A stretch of 64,000 bases of DNA, from assembly GCA_044229975.1 (NCBI GenBank), contig JBGARZ010000001.1, forward strand, positions 416,001 to 480,000. Direction: 5' to 3'. Position 1 is the first letter of the stretch; each line of letters opens with the position of its first letter. Under the pieces are notes generated by a model. The model worked only from the letters and a program-made list of their open reading frames with translations. It did not search any database and was not told where the DNA came from. This document shows positions 36,187 through 49,299 of the stretch, piece after piece. The position numbers and the translations under genes are program-made. This DNA is from Polyangiales bacterium. GTDB lineage: Bacteria; Myxococcota_A; Polyangia; Polyangiales; Ga0077539.

Positions 36187-39100
36187 ATGCGAACCACGTC
36201 GACCTTCCTTTTCTGTGCGCTCCTGGCCGCTGGTTGCAGCCCCAACGCGGTCTCGCTCCCGAGCTCCGACACGGGCGCGGCCGACCTCCCTGTCACCAGT
36301 GACGTGACCATCACGCCCGACGACGCCGCGACCTTCGACGCGCCCGCCTTCGACACGATGGCGCCCGACGACGCCTCGCCCGACGACGGCTCCTCCGGCG
36401 ACGGCGGCGCCGCGGTCGACGCGCCGGATGTGGTGGTGGTTCCGACGGCCTGTCGGTCGTCGCGCGAGTGCGTGGGCAACGGCGTGTGCGACCCGGTCGC
36501 GCGGGTGTGCGTTCAGTGCGTGAGCGCGGCGCAGTGCGCGGGCGCGACGCCGGTGTGCGAGTCCAACCGCTGCGTGGCCGCCACCGCCTGCGCCTCGTCG
36601 CGGATGTGCCCCGGCCGGGTGTGCGACATCGCCCTGAGCCGCTGCGTCGACTGCGTCGTCAACGCCGACTGCGCCGACGGCTCGGTGTGCGTGCGCAGCA
36701 ACTGCCTGCCCGCGCCGACGCCGTGCACCTCGTCGCGGATGTGCGGCGCCACCGATCAGGTCTGCGACGCCTCCCGCGGCTACTGCGTCGACTGCGTCAT
36801 CGACGCCGACTGCGGGCTGACGGAGTTCTGCACGGCCGAGCGCACGTGCAGCCCGCGGGTGTGCACCCCCGGCGCCGTGGACTGCGCCGCGCTTCGCCTG
36901 CGCCGCACCTGCAACACCAACGGCAGCGGGTGGAACGAGGTCGCCTGCAGCGGCTCGTCGAGCTGCCTCGCCGGTCAGTGCCAGCCGTGGGTCTGCACGC
37001 CGGGCAGCGCCGACTGCTCGTCGCTCCGCGAGCGCCGCACCTGCAACCCCGACGGCCTCGGCTACTCGGCCTCCGCCTGCGGGGCCACGGAGTCGTGCGT
37101 AGGCGGCACCTGCCGCGGCTGGACCTGCACCCCCAACGCCTCCACCTGCGCGTCGAGCACCGCGGTCAGCATCTGCAACGCCGACGGCCTCGGCACGCGC
37201 AACTCGGCGTGCCCGTCGGGCGCGAGCTGCGCCGACGGTCGATGCAGCTCCTGGGTCTGCACGCCGGGGACGGCCTCGTGCGACCCGTCGGGCGCGCGAC
37301 GCACCTGCAACAGCGACGGCCTCGGGTACACCCCGGCCCCCTGCGTGGCGCCCGCCCACGCGGCGACCACCACGTGCACGGGCGGCGCGTGCACGTTCAC
37401 CTGCGAGAGCGGTTGGGGCAACTGCGACGGCGCCTCGTCCAACGGCTGCGAGACCGACCTCTCGGGCAGCGCCTCGCACTGCGGCGCCTGCGGCCGGACG
37501 TGCAGCTCCACGGCGGGCGCGAGCAGCGCGTGCGTCGCGGGCTCCTGCCAGGTGACCTGCCTGCCCAACTTCGGCGACTGCGACGCCAACCCCTCCAACG
37601 GGTGCGAGACCTCCACCACGAGCGACGCGCGCCACTGCGGAGCGTGCGGTGCGATGTGCGCCGCGCGGCCCAACAGCGTCGCGTCGTGCACGGTGGGGCG
37701 CTGCGCGTACGTGTGCCTCAGCGGGTTTGGCGACTGCGACGGCGACGCGAGCAACGGCTGCGAGCGGGCGCTGACCGCCGACGTCGCGCACTGCGGGCGC
37801 TGCAACAACGCCTGCCCCACGGGAGCCAACGCGCAGGCCACCTGCAACGCCGGGAGCTGCACCTTCGCCTGCCAGTCGGGCTTCGCGAGCTGCGACGGCA
37901 ACAACGCCAACGGCTGCGAGGTGTCGTCGGCCACCGACCTCATGAACTGCGGCGCCTGCGGTCGGCAGTGCGCGCCGGCCAACGCGACCGGGGTGTGCGC
38001 GGCGGGGGCGTGCTCGGTGGGCGCGTGCGCGTCGGGCTTCGGCAACTGCGACGCCGTCGCGACCAACGGCTGCGAGACCAACCTCAACACCAGCACCTCC
38101 AACTGCGGCGCGTGCGGCACCGTCTGCCCGGGCGTCGGCACCGCCAACACCACGGTGACCTGCACCGCGACGGTGTGCGGCTCGACCTGCGCGACGGGCT
38201 TCGGCGACTGCGACGGGCTCACGAGCAACGGCTGCGAGGCCAACCTCGCCTCCGACGCGCGCAACTGCGGCGCGTGCGGCACCGCGTGCCCGGCGGGCCA
38301 GACCTGCGTGGCGCGGGTGTGCGGGGCCGCGGCGCCCGGCTCGCTCATCGCGGCGCGCTACGGGCAGGGCCTCGCCACGGCGACCGACGGGCGCGTGTAC
38401 ACGTACGGCGGCTACAGCGGCAACTCCATCAGCTCGACGGAGATGTACGACCCGGCCACCAACGCGTGGTCCTCCCGCGCCCCGCTGCCGACCGCCCAGC
38501 GGTGGAACGCCGGCGTCGCGCTCACCGACGGGCGTGTTCTGTCCATCGGCGGCGTGAACTCGGTCGGCACCACGGTGTCGACGGTGTACGCGTACAACCC
38601 GGCGACGGACGTCTGGACCACCGTCGCCCCGATGCTCACGGCGCGGCACGCGGCCGCGGCGGCGACCGGACTCGACGGGCGGGTGTACGTCTTCGGTGGG
38701 CGCGGGGCGTCGGCCAATATCGCGTCGGCCGAGGTCTATGACCCGGTGGCCAATGGGTGGTCGCCCGTGGCGGTTCCGCCCACCACGCGAGCGGCCGCCG
38801 GAGCGGTCACCGCGGCCGACGGTCGCATCTACGTCTTCGGCGGAACCACGAACACCAGCAGCACGGGCGCCACCACGGTCGTCGAGATCTACACCCCGTC
38901 GACCGGCACCTGGCAGACGGGGCCGTCGCTGCCGAGCGTGCGTGCGTACTTCGCCTCGGGTCGCGGAACCGACGGTCGCATGTACCTCGCCGGCGGCTAC
39001 GTGAACTCCGACACCATCGGCACCGCGGTGGCCTTCACCCCGGGCGCCGGAGCCACCGGGACGTACACCACGCTGCCGGGGATGAACATCGAGCACGGAT

Positions 39101-39219
39101 ACGTCCGCGGCACCCCGCTGCTCGACGGGCGCTTCATGGTGGTGGGCGGCTACGGGTCGTCGAGCAACTTCCTCACGCGGGTCGAGGCGTACTCGCCAAG
39201 CACCAACGTCTGGCGCTGA
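36187..39219 (+). CDS. Cys-rich repeat lipoprotein with C-terminal Kelch propeller
   Basis: Lipobox LAAGC; 4x CTP...CNxxG repeats; 6x CD...NGCE repeats; six DGRxxxxGG Kelch blades. Confidence 0.88.
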   Translation: MRTTSTFLFCALLAAGCSPNAVSLPSSDTGAADLPVTSDVTITPDDAATFDAPAFDTMAPDDASPDDGSSGDGGAAVDAPDVVVVPTACRSSRECVGNGVCDPVARVCVQCVSAAQCAGATPVCESNRCVAATACASSRMCPGRVCDIALSRCVDCVVNADCADGSVCVRSNCLPAPTPCTSSRMCGATDQVCDASRGYCVDCVIDADCGLTEFCTAERTCSPRVCTPGAVDCAALRLRRTCNTNGSGWNEVACSGSSSCLAGQCQPWVCTPGSADCSSLRERRTCNPDGLGYSASACGATESCVGGTCRGWTCTPNASTCASSTAVSICNADGLGTRNSACPSGASCADGRCSSWVCTPGTASCDPSGARRTCNSDGLGYTPAPCVAPAHAATTTCTGGACTFTCESGWGNCDGASSNGCETDLSGSASHCGACGRTCSSTAGASSACVAGSCQVTCLPNFGDCDANPSNGCETSTTSDARHCGACGAMCAARPNSVASCTVGRCAYVCLSGFGDCDGDASNGCERALTADVAHCGRCNNACPTGANAQATCNAGSCTFACQSGFASCDGNNANGCEVSSATDLMNCGACGRQCAPANATGVCAAGACSVGACASGFGNCDAVATNGCETNLNTSTSNCGACGTVCPGVGTANTTVTCTATVCGSTCATGFGDCDGLTSNGCEANLASDARNCGACGTACPAGQTCVARVCGAAAPGSLIAARYGQGLATATDGRVYTYGGYSGNSISSTEMYDPATNAWSSRAPLPTAQRWNAGVALTDGRVLSIGGVNSVGTTVSTVYAYNPATDVWTTVAPMLTARHAAAAATGLDGRVYVFGGRGASANIASAEVYDPVANGWSPVAVPPTTRAAAGAVTAADGRIYVFGGTTNTSSTGATTVVEIYTPSTGTWQTGPSLPSVRAYFASGRGTDGRMYLAGGYVNSDTIGTAVAFTPGAGATGTYTTLPGMNIEHGYVRGTPLLDGRFMVVGGYGSSSNFLTRVEAYSPSTNVWR

Positions 39220-39238
39220 GGGAAGTCGAAGCGGGAGG

Positions 39239-40231
39239 TCAGTGCGAGCAGGGCGACGAGCCCGCGCACGGGGCCGACGCCGCCGACGGGTCACACGCGC
39301 CGGGGCACCACGCCGCGCGCGCGACGATGGCCACCTGGGCGCACGAGATGAGCATCAGGCCCGCGATGCCCGCGAGCACCGTGCGGCCGAGGCCGCGACG
39401 CACCAGCGCGAGGTCGCCCGGCACCACCGCCACGTCCTCGTAGGTCGACTGCGTGCGGAAGGGCGCGGTCACCGCCTGCGCCGTGGCGGACGGACGCACC
39501 AGCACGTGGTCGAGCACGGGAGCCCACACCACCGCGCCCGCGGCGTCGTGCTGGGACTCGCGCGGCGCGAGGACGAGCGAGCCGTCCTTCACGGCGTGTT
39601 CGAAGCGCGAGAGCCGGGCGGCGCGGAGCGTGGCCGCGAGGGTGAGCACCGAGGCGAACACCGTGATGCCCACCGAGGCGGCGTGCAGGACGTCGATGCG
39701 GTACTGCCAACCCGCGAAGCCGGCGGACACGCCGAGCAGCGTCGCGGCCTCGATGGTGAGGCGCTCGTAGCTGTTGGCCGACGGGGCGGTGAGGGCCGCG
39801 CGCGCCCGCAGCGACCACAGCCCGAAGAGCGCGCCGAACCCGAGGCCCACCGCGAGCCCGTACCAGACGCCGTACGCCGTCGCGATCGGCAGGAAGCGCG
39901 GGAGCGAGAAGCCCGCGCTCGACACCACGGCGACGGAGACCACCGCGCCGCCGATCGCGCCCACGAGCAACGAGCGGCTGATGGTGGCGGCCACACCGCG
40001 CGCCGCGGAGGCTTCGGCGTTGACGGCGACGCGCGCCACGAGCGCGCCGCAGAGGGCGCCCAGGACGAGCGTGGGGAGCCACCCGAAGGGCGCGGCGTGC
40101 TCGGCGCCCACCCACTGGAACATCAGCGGCGTGAGCAGCGCCCCGAGCGACGCGAAGAGGATGCGCGTGCCCCGGAGGACGGAGGCCGCGTGGACGGTGC
40201 GGAGGGGGAGCGGGAAGTCGGTGGCGTCCAT
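39239..40231 (-). CDS. Membrane protein of unknown function
   Basis: Multiple hydrophobic helices; GC3-rich frame. Confidence 0.65.
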   Translation of the reverse strand: MDATDFPLPLRTVHAASVLRGTRILFASLGALLTPLMFQWVGAEHAAPFGWLPTLVLGALCGALVARVAVNAEASAARGVAATISRSLLVGAIGGAVVSVAVVSSAGFSLPRFLPIATAYGVWYGLAVGLGFGALFGLWSLRARAALTAPSANSYERLTIEAATLLGVSAGFAGWQYRIDVLHAASVGITVFASVLTLAATLRAARLSRFEHAVKDGSLVLAPRESQHDAAGAVVWAPVLDHVLVRPSATAQAVTAPFRTQSTYEDVAVVPGDLALVRRGLGRTVLAGIAGLMLISCAQVAIVARAAWCPGACDPSAASAPCAGSSPCSH

Positions 40232-40280
40232 AGGGGAGCGAGCATGAACCCGCCGCCCCGGGGATTCCAGCCCCCGCCCG

Positions 40281-41390
40281 TTACAAAGCCCGGCGGCGCA
40301 TGGAGACGTTCATGAGGAGGCCGACCCCGATGAGGATGGCCAGCACGCTCGACCCGCCGTACGAGAAGAACGGGAGCGTGACGCCCACCACGGGGAGGCT
40401 GCGCGTGACCATCCCGACGTTGAACACCACGTGCCAGAAGAACAGGGCCGCGACCCCGACGGCGATGGCGGCGCCGAAGCGGTCCTTGGCGAGCGAGGCG
40501 ATGCGCAGGGCCCAGAGGATGAGGAAGAGGTAGAGCGCCAGCACGAGGGCGGCCCCGAAGAAGCCCTGCTCCTGCGCCCACACCGGGAAGGGGAAGTCGG
40601 TGTACGTGTCGGGGAGAAACTTGTGCTGGTTCTGCGTGCCCTGCATGAACCCCTGGCCCGTCCAGCGACCGCTGCCGATGGCCACCATGCTCTGGTGCGC
40701 CTGCCAGCCGGTGCCCTGCACGTCGACCGACTCGCTCATGAAGGAGGTGAGGCGCTCCTTCTGGTACTGCTTCATGCCGTAGAGCCAGAGGAGCGTTCCG
40801 CCGACGCCGCCGCCCACCACCAGCACGGCGACGCTGCGCCACTTCACGCGCACGAGTGTCAGGGTGCTGACCGCGACGAGGCCCACGATGAGCGCGGTGC
40901 CCAGGTCGGGCTGCGCCATGATGAGCCCGAGCGGCAGGGCGATGAGGGCGCCCGGCGCGATGAGGTCGCGGAGGGTCCACGCCTCGGCGCGGTGGTCGCG
41001 GTGGATGTAGCGCGCGACGGCCAGCATGAGCGAGAGCTTCACGAACTCGCTCGGCTGGAAGAGGAAGCTCCCGATCTGTATCCAGCGGTGCGTCCCGCGG
41101 ATGCTCGCGCCCAGCAGGAACACCAGCACCAGCGCCACGATGGACCCGATGTACGCGCCGTACGCGTAGCGCTCGTAGACCTTGTAATCGATGGCGGCGA
41201 CGATGACCGCGACGCCGCCGCCGAGGGCGAGCCAGTAGATCTGCTGGATGTACAGCTCGGAGCGCGCCCCGGTGAGCGGGCTCGTGGCCGAGTAGAGGTT
41301 CACCACCCCCAGCGTCGCGATGACGCACACCACGAGAAACAACCCCCAGTCGAAGTCGTCGCGCAGCCGGTGCTGGATCGTTCGGGCCAT
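40281..41390 (-). CDS. rodA: Rod shape-determining protein RodA
   Basis: RWI...[35 protein letters not shown]. Confidence 0.96.
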   Translation of the reverse strand: MARTIQHRLRDDFDWGLFLVVCVIATLGVVNLYSATSPLTGARSELYIQQIYWLALGGGVAVIVAAIDYKVYERYAYGAYIGSIVALVLVFLLGASIRGTHRWIQIGSFLFQPSEFVKLSLMLAVARYIHRDHRAEAWTLRDLIAPGALIALPLGLIMAQPDLGTALIVGLVAVSTLTLVRVKWRSVAVLVVGGGVGGTLLWLYGMKQYQKERLTSFMSESVDVQGTGWQAHQSMVAIGSGRWTGQGFMQGTQNQHKFLPDTYTDFPFPVWAQEQGFFGAALVLALYLFLILWALRIASLAKDRFGAAIAVGVAALFFWHVVFNVGMVTRSLPVVGVTLPFFSYGGSSVLAILIGVGLLMNVSMRRRAL

Positions 41391-41393
41391 CGC

Positions 41394-43304
41394 CTAGCGC
41401 CTCGGCTGGTGCGCGCGCCACGTCGCCACCGAGGGGATGGGCGCGCCCGGCCGGATGCGCGTGAAGTACTCGCGCACCACCTGGGTCATGAGCGGCGCCG
41501 CCTCGTGGCCGCCCGACCCGCCGTGCTCGACGAGAAACACCAGGGCGATCTCGGGGTTGTTGGCCGGCGCGAAGCCCGCGAACCACGCGTGGTCGCGCTG
41601 CGTCGACCAGTTGCGCCGCGGGTCGGTGGGGTCGCGCACGATGCGCGACACCTGCGCGGTGCCCGTCTTGCCGGCGATGTCGACCTCGGCGATCTGGGCC
41701 GAGTGGGCGGTGCCGTGGAGTTCGGCGATGACGCCGGCGAGCCCGCTGTTGATCATCGCGAGGTTCGCCGGGGTCACGCGCACCTGCCGACGGACGGTGG
41801 GCGGAAAGCTCTGGATGACGGCGCCGTCGGGGCCTTCGACGCGAGAGACGAGCTGCGGGACGAAGAGCGTTCCGCCGTTGGCGAGGGCGGCGTAGGCCAT
41901 GGCGAGCTGGAGCACCGTGACGCGCACGTTGCCCTGCCCGATGGCGGTGTTGAGCGTGTGGCCGGTGCGAAACTGGCCCGGGAAATTCTCCGCGTACCAG
42001 CGGTGGTCAGGGATGACGCCGGGCGTCTCCTGATTGATGCCGATGCCCGACCGGCTACCGAGACCGAACTGCCTGGCCATGTTGGCGATGGGGTCCAGCC
42101 CGATGGCCTGGGCGAGCGTGTAGAAGTACACGTTGCACGACTCGGCGATGGCGCGGTGCAGGCTCACCGGCCCGTGCACGTGCTTGCAGCGGAAGGGGCG
42201 GCTCCCGCGCCCGCGCCCGAGCACGATGCGCCCGGTGCAGTTGACCTGCGAGTTGGCGTCGATGAGCTGGGCTTCGAGGCCCGCGAGCGCCGTGAAGGGC
42301 TTGAAGGTCGAGCCCGGGAAGTAGCTCTCGTAGATGGTCTTGTCGATGCGTGGTCGGTAGGGGTTCTCGTCGATCTCGCGGTTGAGCAGCGCCGAGAGGC
42401 CCATGGTGATGCTGTTGGGGTCGATGCTGGGCTTGGAGTACAGCGCCAGCACCCGACCGGTGCGCACCTCCACCACCGCCGCGGCGCCGCTCGGCTTGCC
42501 GCGAAACACCCGATCGATGGCGCGCATGAGCTCCATGTCGAGGGTGAGCACGAGGTCCCTGCCCGGCACCGGGTCGCGGTGCATCCCGGGCCGCGCGCGC
42601 ATCAGGGCGCTGATGGGCGTCGACATGTAACGGTGGTCGCGCCGCTCGAAGCCCCTCCGTCCACGGAGGATGGACTCCCACGCCTGCTCTAGACCCGAGC
42701 GCCCGATGCGCTCGCCCGCGCGGTAGTCGCGCCCGGCGAACTCCGTGAGGTCGTCGGCGTTGACCTCGTTGAGGAAGCCCAGCGCGTGCGCCGCGAGGCC
42801 GTCGAAGGGGTACTGCCGCACGGGGGTCGCGATGACCGACACGCCCCGCAGCTCGGCGCGGTGCGTCTCGATGAGCGCGAGCGACTCGCGGTCGATGTCG
42901 GCGCGCGCGAGCATGTGCTGGAAGCGCCGCGGGCCCTCGGCGTTGCGCATGCGCGCTTCGAGTCGGTCGCGCTCGTCGCGGCTCAGGCCGATGTAGTCGG
43001 CGAAGCGCGCGAAGCCCTCCAGGCGAAACTGCCCCGGGATGACGTACACGTTGTACGCGGGTCGGTTGGCGGCGATGACCCGGCCGCGCGAGTCGCGGAT
43101 CATGCCGCGCGTCGAGGGCAGGTCGACGCGGCGCAGGACGTTGTCCTCGGCGATCTGCTGCCAGCGGGCGTTGTCGACGATCTGCACGTAGAAGAGCCGC
43201 CCGAGCAGCAGCAGCACCCCGACGAACACCACCGCGCTCATCACGCGCACGCGCTCGCGCACCTCGCCGAGCCCGGCCTTCTGCCCGAGGTCGATGGCCG
43301 CCAT
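41394..43304 (-). CDS. mrdA: Penicillin-binding protein 2
   Basis: RGMIRD, PGSTFK (SxxK), SCN, KTGTAQ; lies between mreD and rodA. Confidence 0.96.
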   Translation of the reverse strand: MAAIDLGQKAGLGEVRERVRVMSAVVFVGVLLLLGRLFYVQIVDNARWQQIAEDNVLRRVDLPSTRGMIRDSRGRVIAANRPAYNVYVIPGQFRLEGFARFADYIGLSRDERDRLEARMRNAEGPRRFQHMLARADIDRESLALIETHRAELRGVSVIATPVRQYPFDGLAAHALGFLNEVNADDLTEFAGRDYRAGERIGRSGLEQAWESILRGRRGFERRDHRYMSTPISALMRARPGMHRDPVPGRDLVLTLDMELMRAIDRVFRGKPSGAAAVVEVRTGRVLALYSKPSIDPNSITMGLSALLNREIDENPYRPRIDKTIYESYFPGSTFKPFTALAGLEAQLIDANSQVNCTGRIVLGRGRGSRPFRCKHVHGPVSLHRAIAESCNVYFYTLAQAIGLDPIANMARQFGLGSRSGIGINQETPGVIPDHRWYAENFPGQFRTGHTLNTAIGQGNVRVTVLQLAMAYAALANGGTLFVPQLVSRVEGPDGAVIQSFPPTVRRQVRVTPANLAMINSGLAGVIAELHGTAHSAQIAEVDIAGKTGTAQVSRIVRDPTDPRRNWSTQRDHAWFAGFAPANNPEIALVFLVEHGGSGGHEAAPLMTQVVREYFTRIRPGAPIPSVATWRAHQPRR

Positions 43305-43807
43305 CAGCTCGCCTCCTCGACGCGCGGCGCCGTGCCCGGCAGCGCCTGCGCGAAGCGAAACACCAGCGGCGCGAAGAGGGCCGTGGCGACCGCCTGCGAG
43401 GCGACGGTGGCAAGCGCCGGGAGCAGCGCGAGCACGCGACGGTCGAAGACCAGGAGCAGGCCCATCATCCCGACGCCCGCGACGCACGACGCCACGAAGG
43501 TGAGCACCATCTGAAACACCACCCCGTGCAGAAACAGCTTGAGCCCCGCGACGCGCGCGAGGAGGAAGACGCTGACGAGGGTGAAGGTCCAGAGCCCGAG
43601 CGAGCCGCCCGAGAAGAGGTCGGTGAGGTAGCCGAGGACGAAGGCCACCGACACGCCGCGCGCGAGGGAGAACTCGCCGACGGACATGTAGAGCACCATC
43701 GGGAGCACGAGCGACGGCGTCAGGCGGTCCCAGCGGAGAACCAGCCCGAGGGCGGTCTGCGCCATCAAGAGCAGCACGCCCGCCATGAGCAACGCGGCGT
43801 TGCGCAC
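43304..43807 (-). CDS. mreD: Rod shape-determining protein MreD
   Basis: Hydrophobic, GYLTDLFSG motif; position in the mre operon. Confidence 0.85.
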   Translation of the reverse strand: MRNAALLMAGVLLLMAQTALGLVLRWDRLTPSLVLPMVLYMSVGEFSLARGVSVAFVLGYLTDLFSGGSLGLWTFTLVSVFLLARVAGLKLFLHGVVFQMVLTFVASCVAGVGMMGLLLVFDRRVLALLPALATVASQAVATALFAPLVFRFAQALPGTAPRVEEAS

Positions 43808-43809
43808 GG

Positions 43810-44715
43810 TCAGTTGCCTCCCCGCGTCTCCGCCCGGCGCGGGCGGGCGGTGGTGCCTCCGCCCGGTCGGCAGCCCGGCCGATCGACGGCCTCGGAGGCC
43901 AGCACCAGCACCTCCGAGAGGCGTGAGAAGTCCACCGCGGGCGCGAGCTCGACCTCCTGGTAGAGCCCGAACTCCCGCCGCGTCACCGCCGCGACGCGCC
44001 CCACCAGAAGCTCGGCCGGGAAGCGACACCCGAGCCCCGAGGTCACCACCTCGTCGCCCACGCGCACGTCGTCGGTGCGCTGGAGGTACTCGACCTTCGC
44101 CGCGTAGCGGTCGTTTTCGCCGGTGCCACGCACGATGCCGCGCGCGCCCGTGCGACGGATCATCACGTCGACGGCGCTGCGCGAGTCGACGCTCATGAGC
44201 ACGTCGGCGTAGTCGCCGAACACCCGCGACACCTGCCCCACCAGCCCGTCCGGCGTGATGACCGGCTGACCTGCGCGCAGGCGCGTTCGGTCTTGCGAGG
44301 TGATCGCGAGGCGCGTGACGCGGAAGAACGGCGATGTGTCCCGCGCGATGACCTCCGCGGCGTAGGTCTCACCCGGCGTCTGGGACCGGAGCTGGAGCAG
44401 CCGCTCCAACTGCCTCACATGCGCGAACTCGCTCTGGTGCCGCGCGGCCTCCGCCTTCAGCCGGGCGTTTTCCGCCGTGAGCCGGTCGTTGTCGCGCTTC
44501 ACGCGCACCAGATAGATGTAGTCGCTCCAGATCTCGGCCGCACCGCGCACCGGCTGGTCGATGAGGTTCTGCAGCGTCGCCACCACTGGCAGCAGCAGCC
44601 GGTCGAACTCGTCGTACCGCGTCGGGTCCTTCATCGTCGTGCGCAGGAAGAAGAAGGGGATGCTCCCCAACACCACGCACAGCAACGCGTCCCGATATCT
44701 CCGCCAGAGGTTCAT
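43810..44715 (-). CDS. mreC: Rod shape-determining protein MreC
   Basis: TM, coiled coil, GLVGQV, VVTSGLG..FP, PAVDF. Confidence 0.93.
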   Translation of the reverse strand: MNLWRRYRDALLCVVLGSIPFFFLRTTMKDPTRYDEFDRLLLPVVATLQNLIDQPVRGAAEIWSDYIYLVRVKRDNDRLTAENARLKAEAARHQSEFAHVRQLERLLQLRSQTPGETYAAEVIARDTSPFFRVTRLAITSQDRTRLRAGQPVITPDGLVGQVSRVFGDYADVLMSVDSRSAVDVMIRRTGARGIVRGTGENDRYAAKVEYLQRTDDVRVGDEVVTSGLGCRFPAELLVGRVAAVTRREFGLYQEVELAPAVDFSRLSEVLVLASEAVDRPGCRPGGGTTARPRRAETRGGN

Positions 44716-44741
44716 CGGGATTGTTCAGTGGACCGGGGCTC

Positions 44742-47007
<2,266 letters not shown>

Positions 47008-47089
47008 GGATAGGCTCTGCTCTTCAAGGGATCACGAGTCGGGTGGCGCCATCAACCACCCATGTCGGACTGTCAGCCACTTCGGACGC

Positions 47090-47995
47090 TCAACCGCGCA
47101 CCGCGCGAAGCAGCGACGCGCCCACCTCGCGACCCAGGGCGCGCGCCCCGGCCGCGTCACGCACCTCGGCCCGCGACGTGGTCTGCGCCGTTCGCTCGCC
47201 GGCCGGGTCGGCGAAGAATCCCTCCAGGGTCAGCACCGCGGAAGCGATGTCGTACCGACCGAGGGCGCCCAGCGGCGTGCCGCAATCGCCCGACAACGCA
47301 CCGAGCACCGCGCGCTCGGCCTCGGTCTCCAAAGCCGTCACCTCGTCGTGCAGCAGCCCGACGATGGACCGCGCCGCGGCGTCGCCCTCGCGCGTCTGCA
47401 ACGCCAGCGCGCCCTGCGCCACCGCGGGCACCATCACTCCCGTCAGCAGCACCCGCGGCGGTGAGAGCCCTAGCCGCCGGATGCCCGCCTCGGCCAGGAT
47501 GATCGCGTCGAAGTCCCCCGCTTCCAGCCGCCGCAGCCGCGTGTCGACGTTGCCTCGCAACAGCACCACCTCCAGGTCGGGCCGTCGGGCCTTCACCGCG
47601 CGGGACCGCCGCAGCGAGCTGGTGCCGAGCCGCGCCCCCTGCGGCAGCGCGTCGAGCGCGAGGCCCTCCCGCGTCACCAGCGCGTCCCACGGGCTCTCCC
47701 GCTTCGGAACGGCCGCCAGCACCAGCCCCGCGGCCATCTCCGCGGGCAGGTCTTTCATCGAGTGCACCGCGAGGTCGGCCCGCCTGTCGAGCAGCGCCTC
47801 CTCGATCTCGCGCACGAAGAGCCCCTTGCCCCCGACCTCCGAGAGCGCGCGGTCGAGCACCCGGTCGCCCTGGGTCACCACCTGCACCTCCTCCACCCGG
47901 AGCCCGCTTACCTTCTCCTGTAAGAGCCGCCCCACCTGCCGGCTCTGCGCCAGCGCCAGGGCGCTCTTCCGGGTGGCCAGCCGAAGCATCGTCAT
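47090..47995 (-). CDS. hemC: Hydroxymethylbilane synthase
   Basis: ATRKSALALAQ, GKGLF, AVHSMKD, GTSSLRR, RGNVDTRL. Confidence 0.97.
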   Translation of the reverse strand: MTMLRLATRKSALALAQSRQVGRLLQEKVSGLRVEEVQVVTQGDRVLDRALSEVGGKGLFVREIEEALLDRRADLAVHSMKDLPAEMAAGLVLAAVPKRESPWDALVTREGLALDALPQGARLGTSSLRRSRAVKARRPDLEVVLLRGNVDTRLRRLEAGDFDAIILAEAGIRRLGLSPPRVLLTGVMVPAVAQGALALQTREGDAAARSIVGLLHDEVTALETEAERAVLGALSGDCGTPLGALGRYDIASAVLTLEGFFADPAGERTAQTTSRAEVRDAAGARALGREVGASLLRAVRG

Positions 47996-49299
47996 CGTCC
48001 GTTTCCCGCCTTCGCCTTGGGCGCCGCCGCGCCGCCCGCCTCGCCATCGAGCGCGAAGAGGCTCCGCGCCGCCTGCATCACCGCGTCGCCCTCGCAGCTC
48101 ACCGCCGCCTCCTTCAGCGCCATCGTGGGCGCGTGCAGCAGCTTGTTGGTGAGCGCGTCGAGCATCGCCTCCAACGCCGCCCGGTCGCCCTCGGGCAGGT
48201 GCCGCAGCCGCCCTCCGAGCGAGCGCTCCAGCTCGGCGGCCGCCGTCTCCTGAAACCGCTGCCGCAGCGCCACGATGGTCGGCCCCGCCCCGCGCAGCGC
48301 CCGCTCCTCCGCGCGAAACGCCGAGAGCTCCTCGGCCACCACCCGCTCGGCCTCGACCGTCGCGAGCGAGCGCCCGTGACCACCCTCGGCCACCGCGCGT
48401 TCGAGGTCGTCGACGTTGTAGAGAAAGACGCTGTCGAGGTCGCCCGCCGCCGGCTCGACGTTGCGCGGCACCGCGATGTCGATGAGGAAGAGCCCCCTGC
48501 CCCGCCGCGCCTTCATCGCCGTCGCCACGTCGTGGCGCGTGAGCAGGTACCCGGTCGCGCCGGTCGAGCACACCACCACGTCGACGTGCTGGAGCAGCAT
48601 CGCGAGGTCGGTGAGCGGGTGCGCCGTCGCGCCGTACTCCCGCGCGAGCGCGTCGGCGCGGTCGAAGCTCCGGTTGGCGATGAGCAGCGAGGCGCCCGCG
48701 TGGGAGAGCGTTCGCGCGGCGCCGAGGGCCATCTTCCCCGCGCCCACCACCAGCACCTTGCGCCCGGCGAGGTCGCCGAAGATGCCGCGCGCGAGGTCGG
48801 CCGCCACGCTCGCCACGGACACCTGCCCCGCCGCGATGCCCGTCTCCGTGCGCACCCGCTTCGCCGTCTGAAACGCCCGCGCCATCATGCGACCGAGCGC
48901 CCCGCGCACGCCGCCTGCTGCGCGCGCCGCGGCCACCGCCTCCTTCACCTGCCCGAGGATCTGCGGCTCGCCCACCACCAGCGAGTCGAGGCTCGCGCAC
49001 ACCCTGAACGCGTGCCGCACCGCCTCCTCGTCGCGGTGCTCGTAGAGCGCCACGCCCGCCCCGCCGCGCGCCGCGAAGTGCCCGCGCAGCGCCAGCGCCA
49101 CCGCGTCGACCTCGTCGCCCGTCGCGTACAGCTCGACCCGGTTGCAGGTCGCCACGACCACGGCCTCGCGCACGCCGTCGAGCGCCAGCACCTCGCGCAC
49201 CGCGTCTTCCAACCCATCGGGCGGAACGGCCAGTCCCTCCCGCGACTCCACCGGCGCCGTCCGGTGGTTGAGCCCGACCACGACCACGCCCGCGCTCAC
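47992..49299 (-). CDS. hemA: Glutamyl-tRNA reductase
   Basis: GLNHRTAP, TCNRVE, SLVVGEPQILGQ, GAGKM, DIAVPRN. Confidence 0.97.
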   Translation of the reverse strand: MSAGVVVVGLNHRTAPVESREGLAVPPDGLEDAVREVLALDGVREAVVVATCNRVELYATGDEVDAVALALRGHFAARGGAGVALYEHRDEEAVRHAFRVCASLDSLVVGEPQILGQVKEAVAAARAAGGVRGALGRMMARAFQTAKRVRTETGIAAGQVSVASVAADLARGIFGDLAGRKVLVVGAGKMALGAARTLSHAGASLLIANRSFDRADALAREYGATAHPLTDLAMLLQHVDVVVCSTGATGYLLTRHDVATAMKARRGRGLFLIDIAVPRNVEPAAGDLDSVFLYNVDDLERAVAEGGHGRSLATVEAERVVAEELSAFRAEERALRGAGPTIVALRQRFQETAAAELERSLGGRLRHLPEGDRAALEAMLDALTNKLLHAPTMALKEAAVSCEGDAVMQAARSLFALDGEAGGAAAPKAKAGNGR

